The notes below the pieces were generated by a model, which was given only the letters and a program-made list of their open reading frames with translations, did not search any database and was not told where the DNA came from. The translations under genes were made by a program, and so were the position numbers. A stretch of DNA of 64,000 nt from Acidobacteriota bacterium. Lineage in GTDB: Bacteria > Acidobacteriota > Thermoanaerobaculia > Multivoradales > UBA5704. Of this stretch, positions 29,019 to 38,502 are shown in pieces. Position 1 is the first letter of the stretch. Each line of letters opens with the position of its first letter. The DNA is taken from assembly GCA_040005235.1 (NCBI GenBank), contig JBDTZG010000005.1, forward strand, positions 117,185 to 181,184, in the 5' to 3' direction.

Positions 29019-30262
29019 GGCGACTCCCCGCGGTGAACGATCGCCTGGACGATGGTTCCACCGCCCGGCCGGGAGGATAGGCGCAGGCGACCGCCCTGGC
29101 GTTCCATCCGTTCGCGCATCGCGGTGATTCCCAGCCCTTCGCCGGGAGCTGCGCCGGCCGGGCGCGGCTTCCGGCGGTTCGGGTGGAAGCCGACTCCGTC
29201 GTCGACCACCCGAATCTCGATCCGCGGTCCTTCTTGGGCGAGCAACACCGTCGCCTCTTCGACCTTGGCGTGTTTGGCCACGTTGGCGAGCGCCTCTTGC
29301 GCCACCCGAAAGAGTGTGTGCTCCAGATCGTCGTCCTCTCCGTCATAGCCGCGCAGGAGGAACGCCACCTTGAGGCCGTCCTTGGCATGCTCGCGGATCA
29401 GGTTGCGTAGCGCCGCGATCAGGCCGCCTTCGATCCGCACTCCGGGATCGCCCGGCGCCGAAAGCTCGGCGAGCGGGGGAGAGGGCGGGCGCAGCTCGGC
29501 GAGCAGGCTGCGCATTTCGGCGAGCGCCGTGCCGGACAGCTCGACCAGCCGCTCGGTGCGCCGCTCGCCTTCGGCCGGGTCGCGCTTCCAGGCGGGGGCG
29601 AGCGTCTGGGCGATCAGCGCCAGGCTGAACATCTTCTGGGTCACCGAATCGTGCAGCTCGCGGGCGAGCCGGTTTCTCTCTTCGAGCACGGCGCTCTGCT
29701 GGACCCGCTCGTAAAGCCGGGCGTTTTCGATCGCTACCGCGGCGTGGCGGCCGAGCAGACCGAGGATCTCGACGTCCTTCTCGTCGAACCGGCGCGGCGG
29801 GGGGGCGCCGATGCCGAAAAAGCCGATCAGCCGATCGCGCCAGAAGATCGGCATGCCGAGCACCGCGTTGGCCGCCAGCTCGGGCAGGATCGGCAGAACC
29901 GGCAGCGGCACCTGGTCGTAGCGTTCGAGCACCACCGCGGCGCGCCGCTCCAGCACCAGGCCGGCGAGGCCCACGCCGGAATGCATTTCGCGCCCCAGCT
30001 CGGCGAGCGGCATGCGGTAGATCGCCTCGGTGCGAAAGACCACCCGCCTCTCGTCGTACAGACCGATCGAGCCGTCCCAGGCGTCGAGCAGCTCACAGGC
30101 GTGGCGGACGATCGAAGTAAGCAGCGGCCGCAGCTCCAGCTCGCTCGAAATCTCCTCGACCACCTGGCGCAGGCCGTCGTATTGTCGGACGAGCCGTAGG
30201 AAGCGATCGGCCTCGGCCGGATCGGATTCGGCCGGAGGCGCGTCGGCCGGGCCGGGCTTCAT
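29015..30262 (-). CDS. GAF-domain sensor histidine kinase (HisKA_3), cytoplasmic
   Basis: GAF domain, ERNRLARELHDSVTQ, QEALANVAKH, DDGVGF, GLGITAMRER. Confidence 0.93.
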   Translation of the reverse strand: MKPGPADAPPAESDPAEADRFLRLVRQYDGLRQVVEEISSELELRPLLTSIVRHACELLDAWDGSIGLYDERRVVFRTEAIYRMPLAELGREMHSGVGLAGLVLERRAAVVLERYDQVPLPVLPILPELAANAVLGMPIFWRDRLIGFFGIGAPPPRRFDEKDVEILGLLGRHAAVAIENARLYERVQQSAVLEERNRLARELHDSVTQKMFSLALIAQTLAPAWKRDPAEGERRTERLVELSGTALAEMRSLLAELRPPSPPLAELSAPGDPGVRIEGGLIAALRNLIREHAKDGLKVAFLLRGYDGEDDDLEHTLFRVAQEALANVAKHAKVEEATVLLAQEGPRIEIRVVDDGVGFHPNRRKPRPAGAAPGEGLGITAMRERMERQGGRLRLSSRPGGGTIVQAIVHRGESP

Positions 30263-30675
30263 GGTTCGGCGGTTGGGGGCGGCTCGATCGGGGCGGGCTG
30301 GCCCTTGGCATCGACGTGGACGTAGACCACTTCCGCCTCGGTCACCTTAACCCGGACGTGCGCCTGCTCCCCGCGCTGGCGCTCCGCCTCGACCACCACC
30401 CGTACCGTGACCGACGTCCGGCCGAGCTTCTCGGTGGCGGTAAAGAACGACACCAGATCGCCGACGAACACCGGCTGGTGGAACACCACCTCGCGCATCG
30501 CCACCGTCACCAGGCGGCCGGCGCCGTGGCGATACGCTTCGACCGCGCCCGCCTGGTCGATGTAGGACAAGATGATGCCGCCGAAGATCGTTCCCAGGGC
30601 ATTGGTATCCTTGGGCATCATCAGAACGCGGATCGCCGGCTGCCGCACCGTGTCTTGGCTCGCTTCGCTCATCAT
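30259..30675 (-). CDS. Acyl-CoA thioesterase (hotdog fold)
   Basis: MPKDTNALGTIFGG, VFHQPVFVGD, LGRTS. Confidence 0.9.
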   Translation of the reverse strand: MMSEASQDTVRQPAIRVLMMPKDTNALGTIFGGIILSYIDQAGAVEAYRHGAGRLVTVAMREVVFHQPVFVGDLVSFFTATEKLGRTSVTVRVVVEAERQRGEQAHVRVKVTEAEVVYVHVDAKGQPAPIEPPPTAEP

Positions 30676-30815
30676 TTTCCCTCGCTGGAGCTTCTACCGG
30701 CTCGGGCGGCATGCTATCCTAGAGGTTCCGAAGAGGAGTTTCTGCGCTTCGCAACCCAGGTTGAGACAGGCAGTTGACCCCGTCCTAAGCCCAGACCAGA
30801 TCGGCTTCCGCATTG

Positions 30816-31412
30816 ATGTCATCCCTAGCGACTCCCGAATCTCCGATCGTTCCGGTTCCCGACGCCGTGTTGTTGCGGCTGATCGGTGAGCGCCGGCCAG
30901 AGGCCCTTCAGGAGCTCTACCGGCGTCATGCCTCGAATCTTCTTGCCCTGGGCAAGCGGATCCTGAACACGCTGGAAGATGCGGAAGAGGTGCTGCAAGA
31001 GGTCTTCCTCCGCGTCTGGCAGGAGCACCTTCGCTACGATTCCGAACGTTCGTCCGTTTCCACCTGGCTGGTCTTGATCATGCGCAGCCGCGCGATCGAC
31101 CGGCTGCGCAATCGGCGGGTGGTGGAGCGGGTCCACGGCGCGGCGTACCAAGAGGGAGGAGATTCCTATACATCCCCCGAAGGTGCGGTGAACGTATTAG
31201 ATAGACAGAGAGAGGGGCGGGTGCGGTCCGAGCTCCTCAGCCTTCCGGCCGAGCAGCGACAAGCGCTGGAGATGGCCTTCTTTGAGGGCCTCACGCAGAG
31301 CGAGATTTCCGAGCGAACGGGCATCCCGCTGGGAACCGTAAAAACTCGAACCCTGCTCGCGATGAAAAAACTGCGCAAAAACCTCCGTCAAGAGATCCGA
31401 GAGCTGCTGTGA
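30816..31412 (+). CDS. ECF sigma factor (SigK-like)
   Basis: DAEEVLQEVF, TWL...RSRAIDRLR, GLTQSEISERTGIPLGTVKTR. Confidence 0.93.
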   Translation: MSSLATPESPIVPVPDAVLLRLIGERRPEALQELYRRHASNLLALGKRILNTLEDAEEVLQEVFLRVWQEHLRYDSERSSVSTWLVLIMRSRAIDRLRNRRVVERVHGAAYQEGGDSYTSPEGAVNVLDRQREGRVRSELLSLPAEQRQALEMAFFEGLTQSEISERTGIPLGTVKTRTLLAMKKLRKNLRQEIRELL

Positions 31413-32428
31413 ACATCGAAACCGACAGCATGGCGCCCGATTCGGCCGATCCCGAGGACCAGGCGATCCTTGAGGCCCTCGATGCCTTCGCGATGGGCGA
31501 AGGATCGGCGGAGGGATCTGCCGACGAGGCTCTGCGCCGTCTCTACGTCGAGGTCCTGGGCCTGCTGCCGGCGAGCCTCGACCGGGAAGTTCCCGAGGAT
31601 CGGGTCTGGCAGCGGCTGGCCGCCGATCTGGGTTTCCCGGCGATGGCGGGCGATTCCCCGGCGGTGGTTGCGGAAAGCGCGTCCCTCCCCGCGGCCGAAG
31701 CGCCGTTGGCTCCCATGGCTCCCATGGCTCCGGTGGCTTCGGTGGCTCCAATTGCTCCGGCGGCTCCGATGGCTCCGGTTGCCCCCATGGCTGCAATGCC
31801 TTCGGCCTCGCCGATCGAATTCCCCCCGGTGGACCGGTCGGCCACCGTGCCGTTCGCTCCGACCGGTTCCCGCACCGCGATGCGGCGCCAGTCCCGCTGG
31901 CCTTTGGCGCTCGCGGCGACCCTCGCCTTCGCGCTCGCCGGACTCTCGCTCTATCTGCTGCGCAACCTCAACGAGCAGTCCGACCAGGTGGCGGCGCTCT
32001 ACGTCAAGCTCGCGGCGGCGGAGCGGCAGACCGCGGACGCACAGCAGGCGAAGAAAAAGCTGGAAGACATGGAAGGCAAGTACTCCTTGGTGACCGACCC
32101 GGGGGTCTCGATCAACCGGCTCGCGCCGGCCGCCGAGCTGGTCCAGCCGGACGCCCGCGGCATCTTGTTCGTCGCCTCCGACCACAGCCATTGGGTCCTC
32201 TCGCTCTCGAACCTCCATCCGACCGAGACCGGCAAGGGGTATCAACTCTGGTTCATGGGCGAGAGCGCGGCGGTCTCGGGCGGCACGTTCACGGCACGCC
32301 CGGGCGAGGTGGTGAAGCTCTCCGCCGAGTCGATGCCCGCCGGAACCAAGGCGATCCTGATCACCTTGGAGCCCGCGGCGGGATCGCCGTTGCCGTCCGG
32401 TCCCAAAGTTCTGACCACCGTCGGCTGA
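31409..32428 (+). CDS. Anti-sigma factor (RskA-like)
   Basis: Coupled to the ECF gene; TM helix, coiled coil, YQLWF...SGGTF...ITLEP..GS..PSGP. Confidence 0.85.
   Translation: MNIETDSMAPDSADPEDQAILEALDAFAMGEGSAEGSADEALRRLYVEVLGLLPASLDREVPEDRVWQRLAADLGFPAMAGDSPAVVAESASLPAAEAPLAPMAPMAPVASVAPIAPAAPMAPVAPMAAMPSASPIEFPPVDRSATVPFAPTGSRTAMRRQSRWPLALAATLAFALAGLSLYLLRNLNEQSDQVAALYVKLAAAERQTADAQQAKKKLEDMEGKYSLVTDPGVSINRLAPAAELVQPDARGILFVASDHSHWVLSLSNLHPTETGKGYQLWFMGESAAVSGGTFTARPGEVVKLSAESMPAGTKAILITLEPAAGSPLPSGPKVLTTVG
31700..31800 (+). repeat. 9-bp coding repeats (APM/APV/API) in the anti-sigma linker
   Basis: gctcccatg / gctccggtg-type units, about 11 copies. Confidence 0.75.
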
Positions 32429-32481
32429 TGCGACCCCGGCAGTAAAACCTCCGATTCCGATCGGCTGTTACGATCGGGTCG

Positions 32482-33879
32482 GTGTCTGCTCCCGCTCACG
32501 AAACGGTTTCCGCTCTTCGCGCGCTGCTTGCCGCGGATAGAGTGCTCGACGATCCGGACTCGCGCGCCCTCTACGGCACCGACTGGACCCGGGTCTTCCC
32601 GCCCGATCCGCTCGCCGTCGTCTTTCCCCGGTCGGTCGACGAGGTCGCGCGGATCGTCCGGTTCGCCAACGAGCGCCGCCTGCCGCTCGTGCCCTCTGGC
32701 GGCCGGACGGGGCTCTCCGGCGGCGCGGTGGCGGCCCGCCAGGAGATCGTGGTCTCGCTCCGCGAGATGAATCGAATTCTCGACTTCTCGACCATCGATC
32801 GCACCGTTCGGGTTGAGGCAGGGGTTCCGACCGCTGCGGTGCAGGCCTTCGCGCGAGAGCGGGACCTGTTCTTCCCCATCGATTTCGCCGCAGCGGGGTC
32901 CGCGCAGATCGGCGGCAACGTCGCGACCAATGCAGGCGGCGTGCGGGTCGTGCGCCATGGCTCGATGCGCGAATGGGTGGCGGGCCTTAAAGTCGTCACC
33001 GGAACGGGTGAGATCCTCGACCTGAACCGCGGGTTGGTAAAAAACGCCACCGGCTACGATTTCCGCCATCTGTTCATCGGCAGCGAAGGAACGCTCGGCA
33101 TCGTCGTCGAAGCGACCCTCCGGCTCGATCGGCTCCCCGGACCGCGAGCCGTGTTGCTGGCGGGTGTATGCGGTTTCCGCTCGCTGGTCGATCTGTTCGT
33201 CGAGCTGCGGCGCTCCTGCCCGCTCGGCGCCTATGAGTTCGTCTCCGACTCTGCCCTGCGCCCGGTGCTCACGGCCAGAAATCTCACTCCGCCGTTCGCC
33301 GAGAGCTACCCATTCTATGCCCTTGCGGAAGTGGAAGCGCGCGATGAATCGGCGCTCGCCCCAGCCCTCGCGGTTCTGGAGCGGTCGATCGCCGCGGGCC
33401 AGGTGGTCGATGCCGTGGTGGCCCGTGAGGAGCCCGACTGCCGGCAGCTTTGGCAGATGCGCGAATCGATCTCCGAGACGATCGCTCCCCGCCTGCCGTA
33501 CAAGAACGACCTTTCGGTCGTCGTCTCCGCCCTGCCGGAATTTCTCGCCGCGGCGGACGCGCTGATCGCTCTGAGCTACCCAGGGTGGGAGATCCTCTGG
33601 TACGGCCACATCGGCGACGGCAATCTCCACCTCAATATCCTTCGCCCCGAAGAGGTCTCGCGGGAGGACTTCCTCGCCCGCTGCGAGTCGGTCACCGAGG
33701 AGATCGCTTCGCTCGTCGGCCGTTTCGGCGGCAGCGTCTCGGCGGAGCATGGCGTCGGTCTGCTCAAGCGGAAGGTGCTCCACCACAGCCGGAGCGCGGC
33801 CGAGATTGCGGCGATGCGGCAGATCAAGAAGGCGTTCGATCCGAACGGCATCTTGAACCCCGGCAAGATTTTTCCTTAG
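32482..33879 (+). CDS. FAD-linked oxidase, GlcD / D-2-hydroxyacid dehydrogenase family
   Basis: PSGGRTGLSGGA, IGGNVATNAGG, GSEGTLG, GHIGDGNLH, SAEHGVG, DPNGILNPGK. Confidence 0.9.
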   Translation: MSAPAHETVSALRALLAADRVLDDPDSRALYGTDWTRVFPPDPLAVVFPRSVDEVARIVRFANERRLPLVPSGGRTGLSGGAVAARQEIVVSLREMNRILDFSTIDRTVRVEAGVPTAAVQAFARERDLFFPIDFAAAGSAQIGGNVATNAGGVRVVRHGSMREWVAGLKVVTGTGEILDLNRGLVKNATGYDFRHLFIGSEGTLGIVVEATLRLDRLPGPRAVLLAGVCGFRSLVDLFVELRRSCPLGAYEFVSDSALRPVLTARNLTPPFAESYPFYALAEVEARDESALAPALAVLERSIAAGQVVDAVVAREEPDCRQLWQMRESISETIAPRLPYKNDLSVVVSALPEFLAAADALIALSYPGWEILWYGHIGDGNLHLNILRPEEVSREDFLARCESVTEEIASLVGRFGGSVSAEHGVGLLKRKVLHHSRSAAEIAAMRQIKKAFDPNGILNPGKIFP

Positions 33880-34445
33880 AGGAGCCGCCGGTAGCGCGGC
33901 CAATCGAAACACGGCCCCGGGTCGGTCTTCCGGCCGGGGGCTATCTCCGAATGCCCGACGATCTCCTCGATCGGGTAGGCGCTTTGTAGAGCGCGGGAGA
34001 GCTGCGCGAGGCGCAGGTACTGCTTGCCGGTAAATGGCCGGTCGTCGCACCCTTCGAGCTCGATGCCGAGCGAAAAATCATTGCAGGCGCTTCGCCCGCG
34101 CCAGGACGAGACCCCCGCGTGCCAGGCGCGCTTGGCGCACGGGACGAGCTGAATCAGCTCTCCGCCGCGGCGGAGAAAAAAATGCGCCGAGACCTTCAGG
34201 CTAGCGATCGTCGCAAAGTAGGAATGCCCGGAGGGGTCGAGCCGGTTGGTGAAGAAGTCCAGGACCGCTTTGCCCCCGAACTCGCCCGGCGGCAGGCTGA
34301 TCGCGTGGATCACCAGCAGGCGCACGAGGCTCCCCACGGGGCGGTCGTCGCAGTTGGGGGACGGGACGCGGCGGGCGCCCGAGAGCCATCCTTCCGGGCT
34401 GACCTCAGGATGGGCCCGCCGGGCGGGCGCGCGGGGATTCTCCAT
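33876..34445 (-). CDS. ampD: 1,6-anhydro-N-acetylmuramyl-L-alanine amidase
   Basis: SPNCDDRP, IHAISLPPGEFG, VSAHF, RAWHAG, NDFSLGIELEG, GHSEIAPGRKTDPG. The start may lie slightly upstream. Confidence 0.92.
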   Translation of the reverse strand: MENPRAPARRAHPEVSPEGWLSGARRVPSPNCDDRPVGSLVRLLVIHAISLPPGEFGGKAVLDFFTNRLDPSGHSYFATIASLKVSAHFFLRRGGELIQLVPCAKRAWHAGVSSWRGRSACNDFSLGIELEGCDDRPFTGKQYLRLAQLSRALQSAYPIEEIVGHSEIAPGRKTDPGPCFDWPRYRRLL

Positions 34446-34502
34446 GGCGTCGATTAGGATACGCGAGGGGTCGCGCATTTCAGCCAAATTCGAGGAGGCT
34501 TG

Positions 34503-35690
34503 ATGGACATTCGTAACCTTGTGCTCGTCGACGGGGTCCGCACCCCGATGCTTTCCTACAACGGCGATTTCGCCGAAATCACTGCGATCGATCTCGCGGC
34601 CCACGCGTCGCGGGCATTGTTCGAGCGGACCGAAATCGCGCCGACCGAGATTGACCAGACGTTCGTCGGCAACGCCCTCCAGACTTCGGCCGACGCGATC
34701 TATGGTGCCCGCCACGTGGCGTTGAAGGCGGGGGTGCCGAAGGAGGTCCCGGCGCTCACCGTCAATCGGCTGTGCGGCTCGGGCATCCAGTCGGTGATCT
34801 CAGGCTCGCACGCGATCCTCGCGGGCGAAGCCGCGACCTGCCTGGTCGGCGGAATGGAAAACATGTCGCAGGCGCCGCACGTGATCCGCGGCGCGCGAAA
34901 AGGCTTCCGGCTCGGCCAGGGGGCGCTCGAAGATTTGTTGATGGCGTCGCTCAACGATCCGTTCTGCGGTTGCTACATGGCCCAGACCAGCAACAATCTG
35001 GCGCGCGACTATTCGATCTCGCGCGAGGAGCAGGACACCTTCGCGATCCGCTCGCAACAGCGCGCGGGAGCCGGCTGGAGCAGCGGCAAGCTGGCCGAAG
35101 AGGTGGCGCCGATCGAGGTGGGGAAGGGTAAGCGGGCAAAAAAGATCGAGCGCGACGACCACCTGCGCCCCGAGACCACGATGGAAGACCTCGCGGGGCT
35201 CCCGACCGCGTTCGACAAGGACGGCTTCGTCACGGCGGGCAACGCCTCGGGAATCGTCGACGGCGCGGCGATGATGATTCTTTCGACCGAGGAACGGGCG
35301 GCGGAGCGGGGCTGGAAGCCTCTCGCTCGCATCCTTTCCTGGAGCGTCGTCGGGGTCGAGCCATCGCGCATGGGGATCGGCCCTGCGCCCGCGATCCGCG
35401 CGGCGCTTAAAGTAGCCGGCATGGCGCTCTCCGACCTCGACCTGATCGAGATCAACGAGGCGTTTGCCGGTCAGATCCTCGCGGTGGCCAAAGACCTGGA
35501 GCTGGACATGGAGAAGCTCAACGTCAACGGCGGAGCGATCGCCCTCGGCCATCCGCTCGGAGCGTCCGGAACGCGGCTGCTGATCACCCTCACCAAAGAG
35601 CTGGCGCGCCGCGGCGGTGGTACGGGAGTGGCCTCGGCCTGCATCGGCGGCGGTCAGGGGATCGCGATGATCGTCGAGTCGATCGGGTAA
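34503..35690 (+). CDS. Acetyl-CoA C-acyltransferase (thiolase)
   Basis: [36 protein letters not shown]. Confidence 0.95.
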   Translation: MDIRNLVLVDGVRTPMLSYNGDFAEITAIDLAAHASRALFERTEIAPTEIDQTFVGNALQTSADAIYGARHVALKAGVPKEVPALTVNRLCGSGIQSVISGSHAILAGEAATCLVGGMENMSQAPHVIRGARKGFRLGQGALEDLLMASLNDPFCGCYMAQTSNNLARDYSISREEQDTFAIRSQQRAGAGWSSGKLAEEVAPIEVGKGKRAKKIERDDHLRPETTMEDLAGLPTAFDKDGFVTAGNASGIVDGAAMMILSTEERAAERGWKPLARILSWSVVGVEPSRMGIGPAPAIRAALKVAGMALSDLDLIEINEAFAGQILAVAKDLELDMEKLNVNGGAIALGHPLGASGTRLLITLTKELARRGGGTGVASACIGGGQGIAMIVESIG

Positions 35691-35697
35691 CCTCCCC

Positions 35698-36474
35698 ATG
35701 GGTGCCGGCTTAGGCCTCGAAGGGCGCAGGGTGCTGATCACCGGCGGCAGCCGGGGAATCGGCGCCGCCTGCGCCAGGGCGTTCGCCGAAGCCGGGTCCG
35801 CCGTATTGGTCCAATACCGGGATCACGCCGAGGCGGCGGAGCGCCTCCTCGGCGAGCTGCCCGCCCCTGCCGAGTTCGGCCATCTCGCCTGGGGCGTCGA
35901 TCTGTCGAACCCGCAAGAGATCCCGGCGCTGTTCGAATTCGTCCGCGAGCGCTGGAGCGGCCTCGATGTGCTGGTGAACAACGCCGGAATCTGGGTCGAA
36001 GGCCCCCTCGCGAAGCTCGACGGCAGGGGACTGGCGAAACACCTGGCCGCCACCCTCGCGCTCAACCTCGCGGCACCGTTCCATCTGATCCGCGAAGCGC
36101 TGCCGCTGTTCGCCGGCTCGCCCGGCCCGTCGATCATCAACGTCAGCTCGACCGCCGGCCAGTGCGGCGAATCGCACTACAGCGCTTACGCCGCAAGCAA
36201 AGGAGCGCTGATTGCGGCGACCAAGTCCTGGGCGGTCGAGCTGGCGCCCAAAATCCGGGTGAACGCCGTGGCCCCCGGCTGGGTGACGACCGACATGATT
36301 GCTGAGGCGCTCGCCGGAGAGGAGGGCGCGAAAGCCGCCGCGGGAATCCCTTTAGGGAAGATCGCGACGGCCGACGACATCGCGGGGCCGATTTTGTTTC
36401 TTGCCTCGTCGCTCGCGCGGCACGTGACCGGCGAGGTGCTGAACGTGAACGGGGGCAGCGTGTTGTGCGGGTGA
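35698..36474 (+). CDS. Short-chain dehydrogenase/reductase (FabG-like)
   Basis: TGGSRGIG, NNAG, YAASK, VNAVAPG. Confidence 0.92.
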   Translation: MGAGLGLEGRRVLITGGSRGIGAACARAFAEAGSAVLVQYRDHAEAAERLLGELPAPAEFGHLAWGVDLSNPQEIPALFEFVRERWSGLDVLVNNAGIWVEGPLAKLDGRGLAKHLAATLALNLAAPFHLIREALPLFAGSPGPSIINVSSTAGQCGESHYSAYAASKGALIAATKSWAVELAPKIRVNAVAPGWVTTDMIAEALAGEEGAKAAAGIPLGKIATADDIAGPILFLASSLARHVTGEVLNVNGGSVLCG

Positions 36475-36520
36475 TGGCCGCCCGCCAGCCTTCGGTTATC
36501 ACCAGCCCCTAGGCCGCGGG

Positions 36521-36752
36521 GTAGAGACGTCCCCAGGACGCAACCACGATCCTCTCCGGGTGCTGGCTGTCGGGGCGTCTCCGGTCAACCACGACAGTCG
36601 ATCGCGGGCAGGGCGGATGGGCGGGGCGCGCTATACCTGCTATCCCTGCCTGTTTTGCGCTTCGTGGGCGCCTGTGGTCGTTGTTGCGCTGGAGACGCCC
36701 CGACGGCTAGCACCCGGATAGGATCGTGGTTGCGTCCTGGGGACGTCTCTAC
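36521..36752. mobile_element. REPIN/MITE-like element with ~75-bp inverted arms starting GTAG
   Basis: Left arm gtagagacgtccccaggacgcaaccacgatcct... is the reverse complement of the right arm (33 bp perfect, then a few mismatches). Lies between convergent genes. Confidence 0.75.
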
Positions 36753-36762
36753 TCCCTGCGTG

Positions 36763-37656
36763 TTACAGCCGCCCTTCCTCGGCTGCTTTGAGGTACCCGA
36801 GGCATTTGTAGACCAGCTTTGCCGCCACGAAATCGCTTGCGGGCAGCGGCCCGAAGGGCGCCAGCTCGACCAGGTCCATCGCAACCACTTTCTTGGTCTT
36901 GAAGATCTGGCGCAGCAGGCGGAGGGTCGGCCACCAGGCGCCGCCTCCGGGCTCGGGGGTTCCGGTGGCGGGGACGAGCGACGGATCGAAGAAGTCGATG
37001 TCGAACGTCAGGTAGACGTGCTCGGGGAGGGTGCTGAGCATCTCCGGCAGCATCTGATCGGCGCGGTCGAGCTGGTGGCCCCAGATCACCGGCATGTTCT
37101 TCGCCCGGATCAGCTCGGCCTCGGGGCTCGACAGCGAGCGGATGCCGATCGCGAGCGATGGGATGCCGTCCTCGTGAATCCGCCGCAGCACGCTCGCGTG
37201 GCTGTACGGGGTTCCCTCGAATTCCTCGCGCAGATCGGAGTGGGCGTCGAACTGGACTACGCCGATCTCTCCCTCGCCGGCCCAGGCTTTCCGGGCCGCC
37301 CGCACCGGGGCGATCGACAGCGAATGCTCGCCGCCGAGGACGGCGAGGAACTTCTTCCGCTCGACGTGGGGTAGGCAGGCCGCTTCGAGGTCGGCCATCG
37401 CCGCGGCCATCTCGAACGCCTCGGGATGAAACGGCGGAAGCGTCGCGATCCCTTGCGTGAACGGCTCGTCGCCCAACTCCTCGTCCCATAGCTCCATCGA
37501 CTGCGACGCCCGGATGATGGCGGCCGGGCCGTGAACCGTCCCCTTGCCGTACGACGTGGTGCGCTCGAACGGCACGGGAAGGACGACCGCGCGGGCGGTC
37601 TCGTAACGGCTGTGCTCCTCTTCGAGCAGGCCGAAATTCTGCGATGCGTGGGACAT
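36763..37656 (-). CDS. speB: Agmatinase (ureohydrolase)
   Basis: LGGEHSLS, QFDAHSD, TFDIDFFDPS, TGTPEPGG. Confidence 0.92.
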   Translation of the reverse strand: MSHASQNFGLLEEEHSRYETARAVVLPVPFERTTSYGKGTVHGPAAIIRASQSMELWDEELGDEPFTQGIATLPPFHPEAFEMAAAMADLEAACLPHVERKKFLAVLGGEHSLSIAPVRAARKAWAGEGEIGVVQFDAHSDLREEFEGTPYSHASVLRRIHEDGIPSLAIGIRSLSSPEAELIRAKNMPVIWGHQLDRADQMLPEMLSTLPEHVYLTFDIDFFDPSLVPATGTPEPGGGAWWPTLRLLRQIFKTKKVVAMDLVELAPFGPLPASDFVAAKLVYKCLGYLKAAEEGRL

Positions 37657-37751
37657 GGGCGGTTCGCTCCTTTCGATCGAGTCGGCGATTTCTAGCAGAA
37701 ATTTGCCCGAACCATCGGGATCGAAGACCCCGTTTCGCGTCCTGGGAGGGT

Positions 37752-38492
37752 ATGAAACAGAATCCCGAACTTTTTCATTCTCCCTCCGCCCCTCGCCCGG
37801 CCGCTCGGCCCTCCGGCGGCCTGCCCATGCGGGAAGTTCCGGAAGCGGATCGCCCGCGCGAGCGCCTGCTGGAGCAGGGCGCCCGGGTGCTCTCGGACGG
37901 CGAGCTGCTCGCCGTGCTGCTGCGCACCGGCCGGGCCGGGGCCTCGGCGCTCGAAGTGGCGCGCGAGCTGCTTTCGGCGCACGGCGGCCTGGCCGGGCTG
38001 GAAAGCGTCGATCCCCGCGAGGTCCGCCGCCTCGGAGTCGGACCCGCCAAGGCCGCGAGCCTGCTCGCCGCGCTCGAAATCGGCCGCCGCCTGGCCCGCG
38101 AGCAGCTGCCCGACGAGCCACTTACCCGGCCGGCGGAGGTCGTCCGCTACCTCCAGCTGCGTTACAGCGAGCGCGACCAGGAGGTGATGGGCGCCCTGTT
38201 TCTAAACCTCAGGAATCGGCTGATCGGCGAGCGGGAAATCTACCGCGGCACGATCGACCGGGCCTCGGTAGAGCCGCGCGAGGTGCTCAAGGAGGCGCTT
38301 CTGCGCGGAGCCACGGGGTTCGTCGTCTTCCACACCCATCCGAGCGGCGACCCGGCGCCAAGCCTGGAGGATTACGAGTTCACCCGGCGCCTGGTCCAGG
38401 CAGCCGACCTGCTTGGCCTGCGGCTGATCGACCACCTGATCCTCGGCGGCGGAGGGCGCTGGGCGTCGATCCGCGATCGGCGGCCGTGGTAG
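37752..38492 (+). CDS. radC: RadC/JAB-domain protein
   Basis: RPRERLL, LSDGELLAVLLRTG, HTHPSGD, LIDHLI. SD GGGAGG before ATG 37752. Confidence 0.92.
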   Translation: MKQNPELFHSPSAPRPAARPSGGLPMREVPEADRPRERLLEQGARVLSDGELLAVLLRTGRAGASALEVARELLSAHGGLAGLESVDPREVRRLGVGPAKAASLLAALEIGRRLAREQLPDEPLTRPAEVVRYLQLRYSERDQEVMGALFLNLRNRLIGEREIYRGTIDRASVEPREVLKEALLRGATGFVVFHTHPSGDPAPSLEDYEFTRRLVQAADLLGLRLIDHLILGGGGRWASIRDRRPW

Positions 38493-38502
38493 CGTTTCCC
38501 TC

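Noticed and set aside
30740-30750. 11-nt match (tttctgcgctt) to one spacer of the GTCCGA array
   Set aside because: Too short to distinguish from chance in 64 kb across a dozen spacers.
37752-38492. radC as a marker of a mobile element
   Set aside because: Full-length chromosomal form with host-like GC among housekeeping genes.
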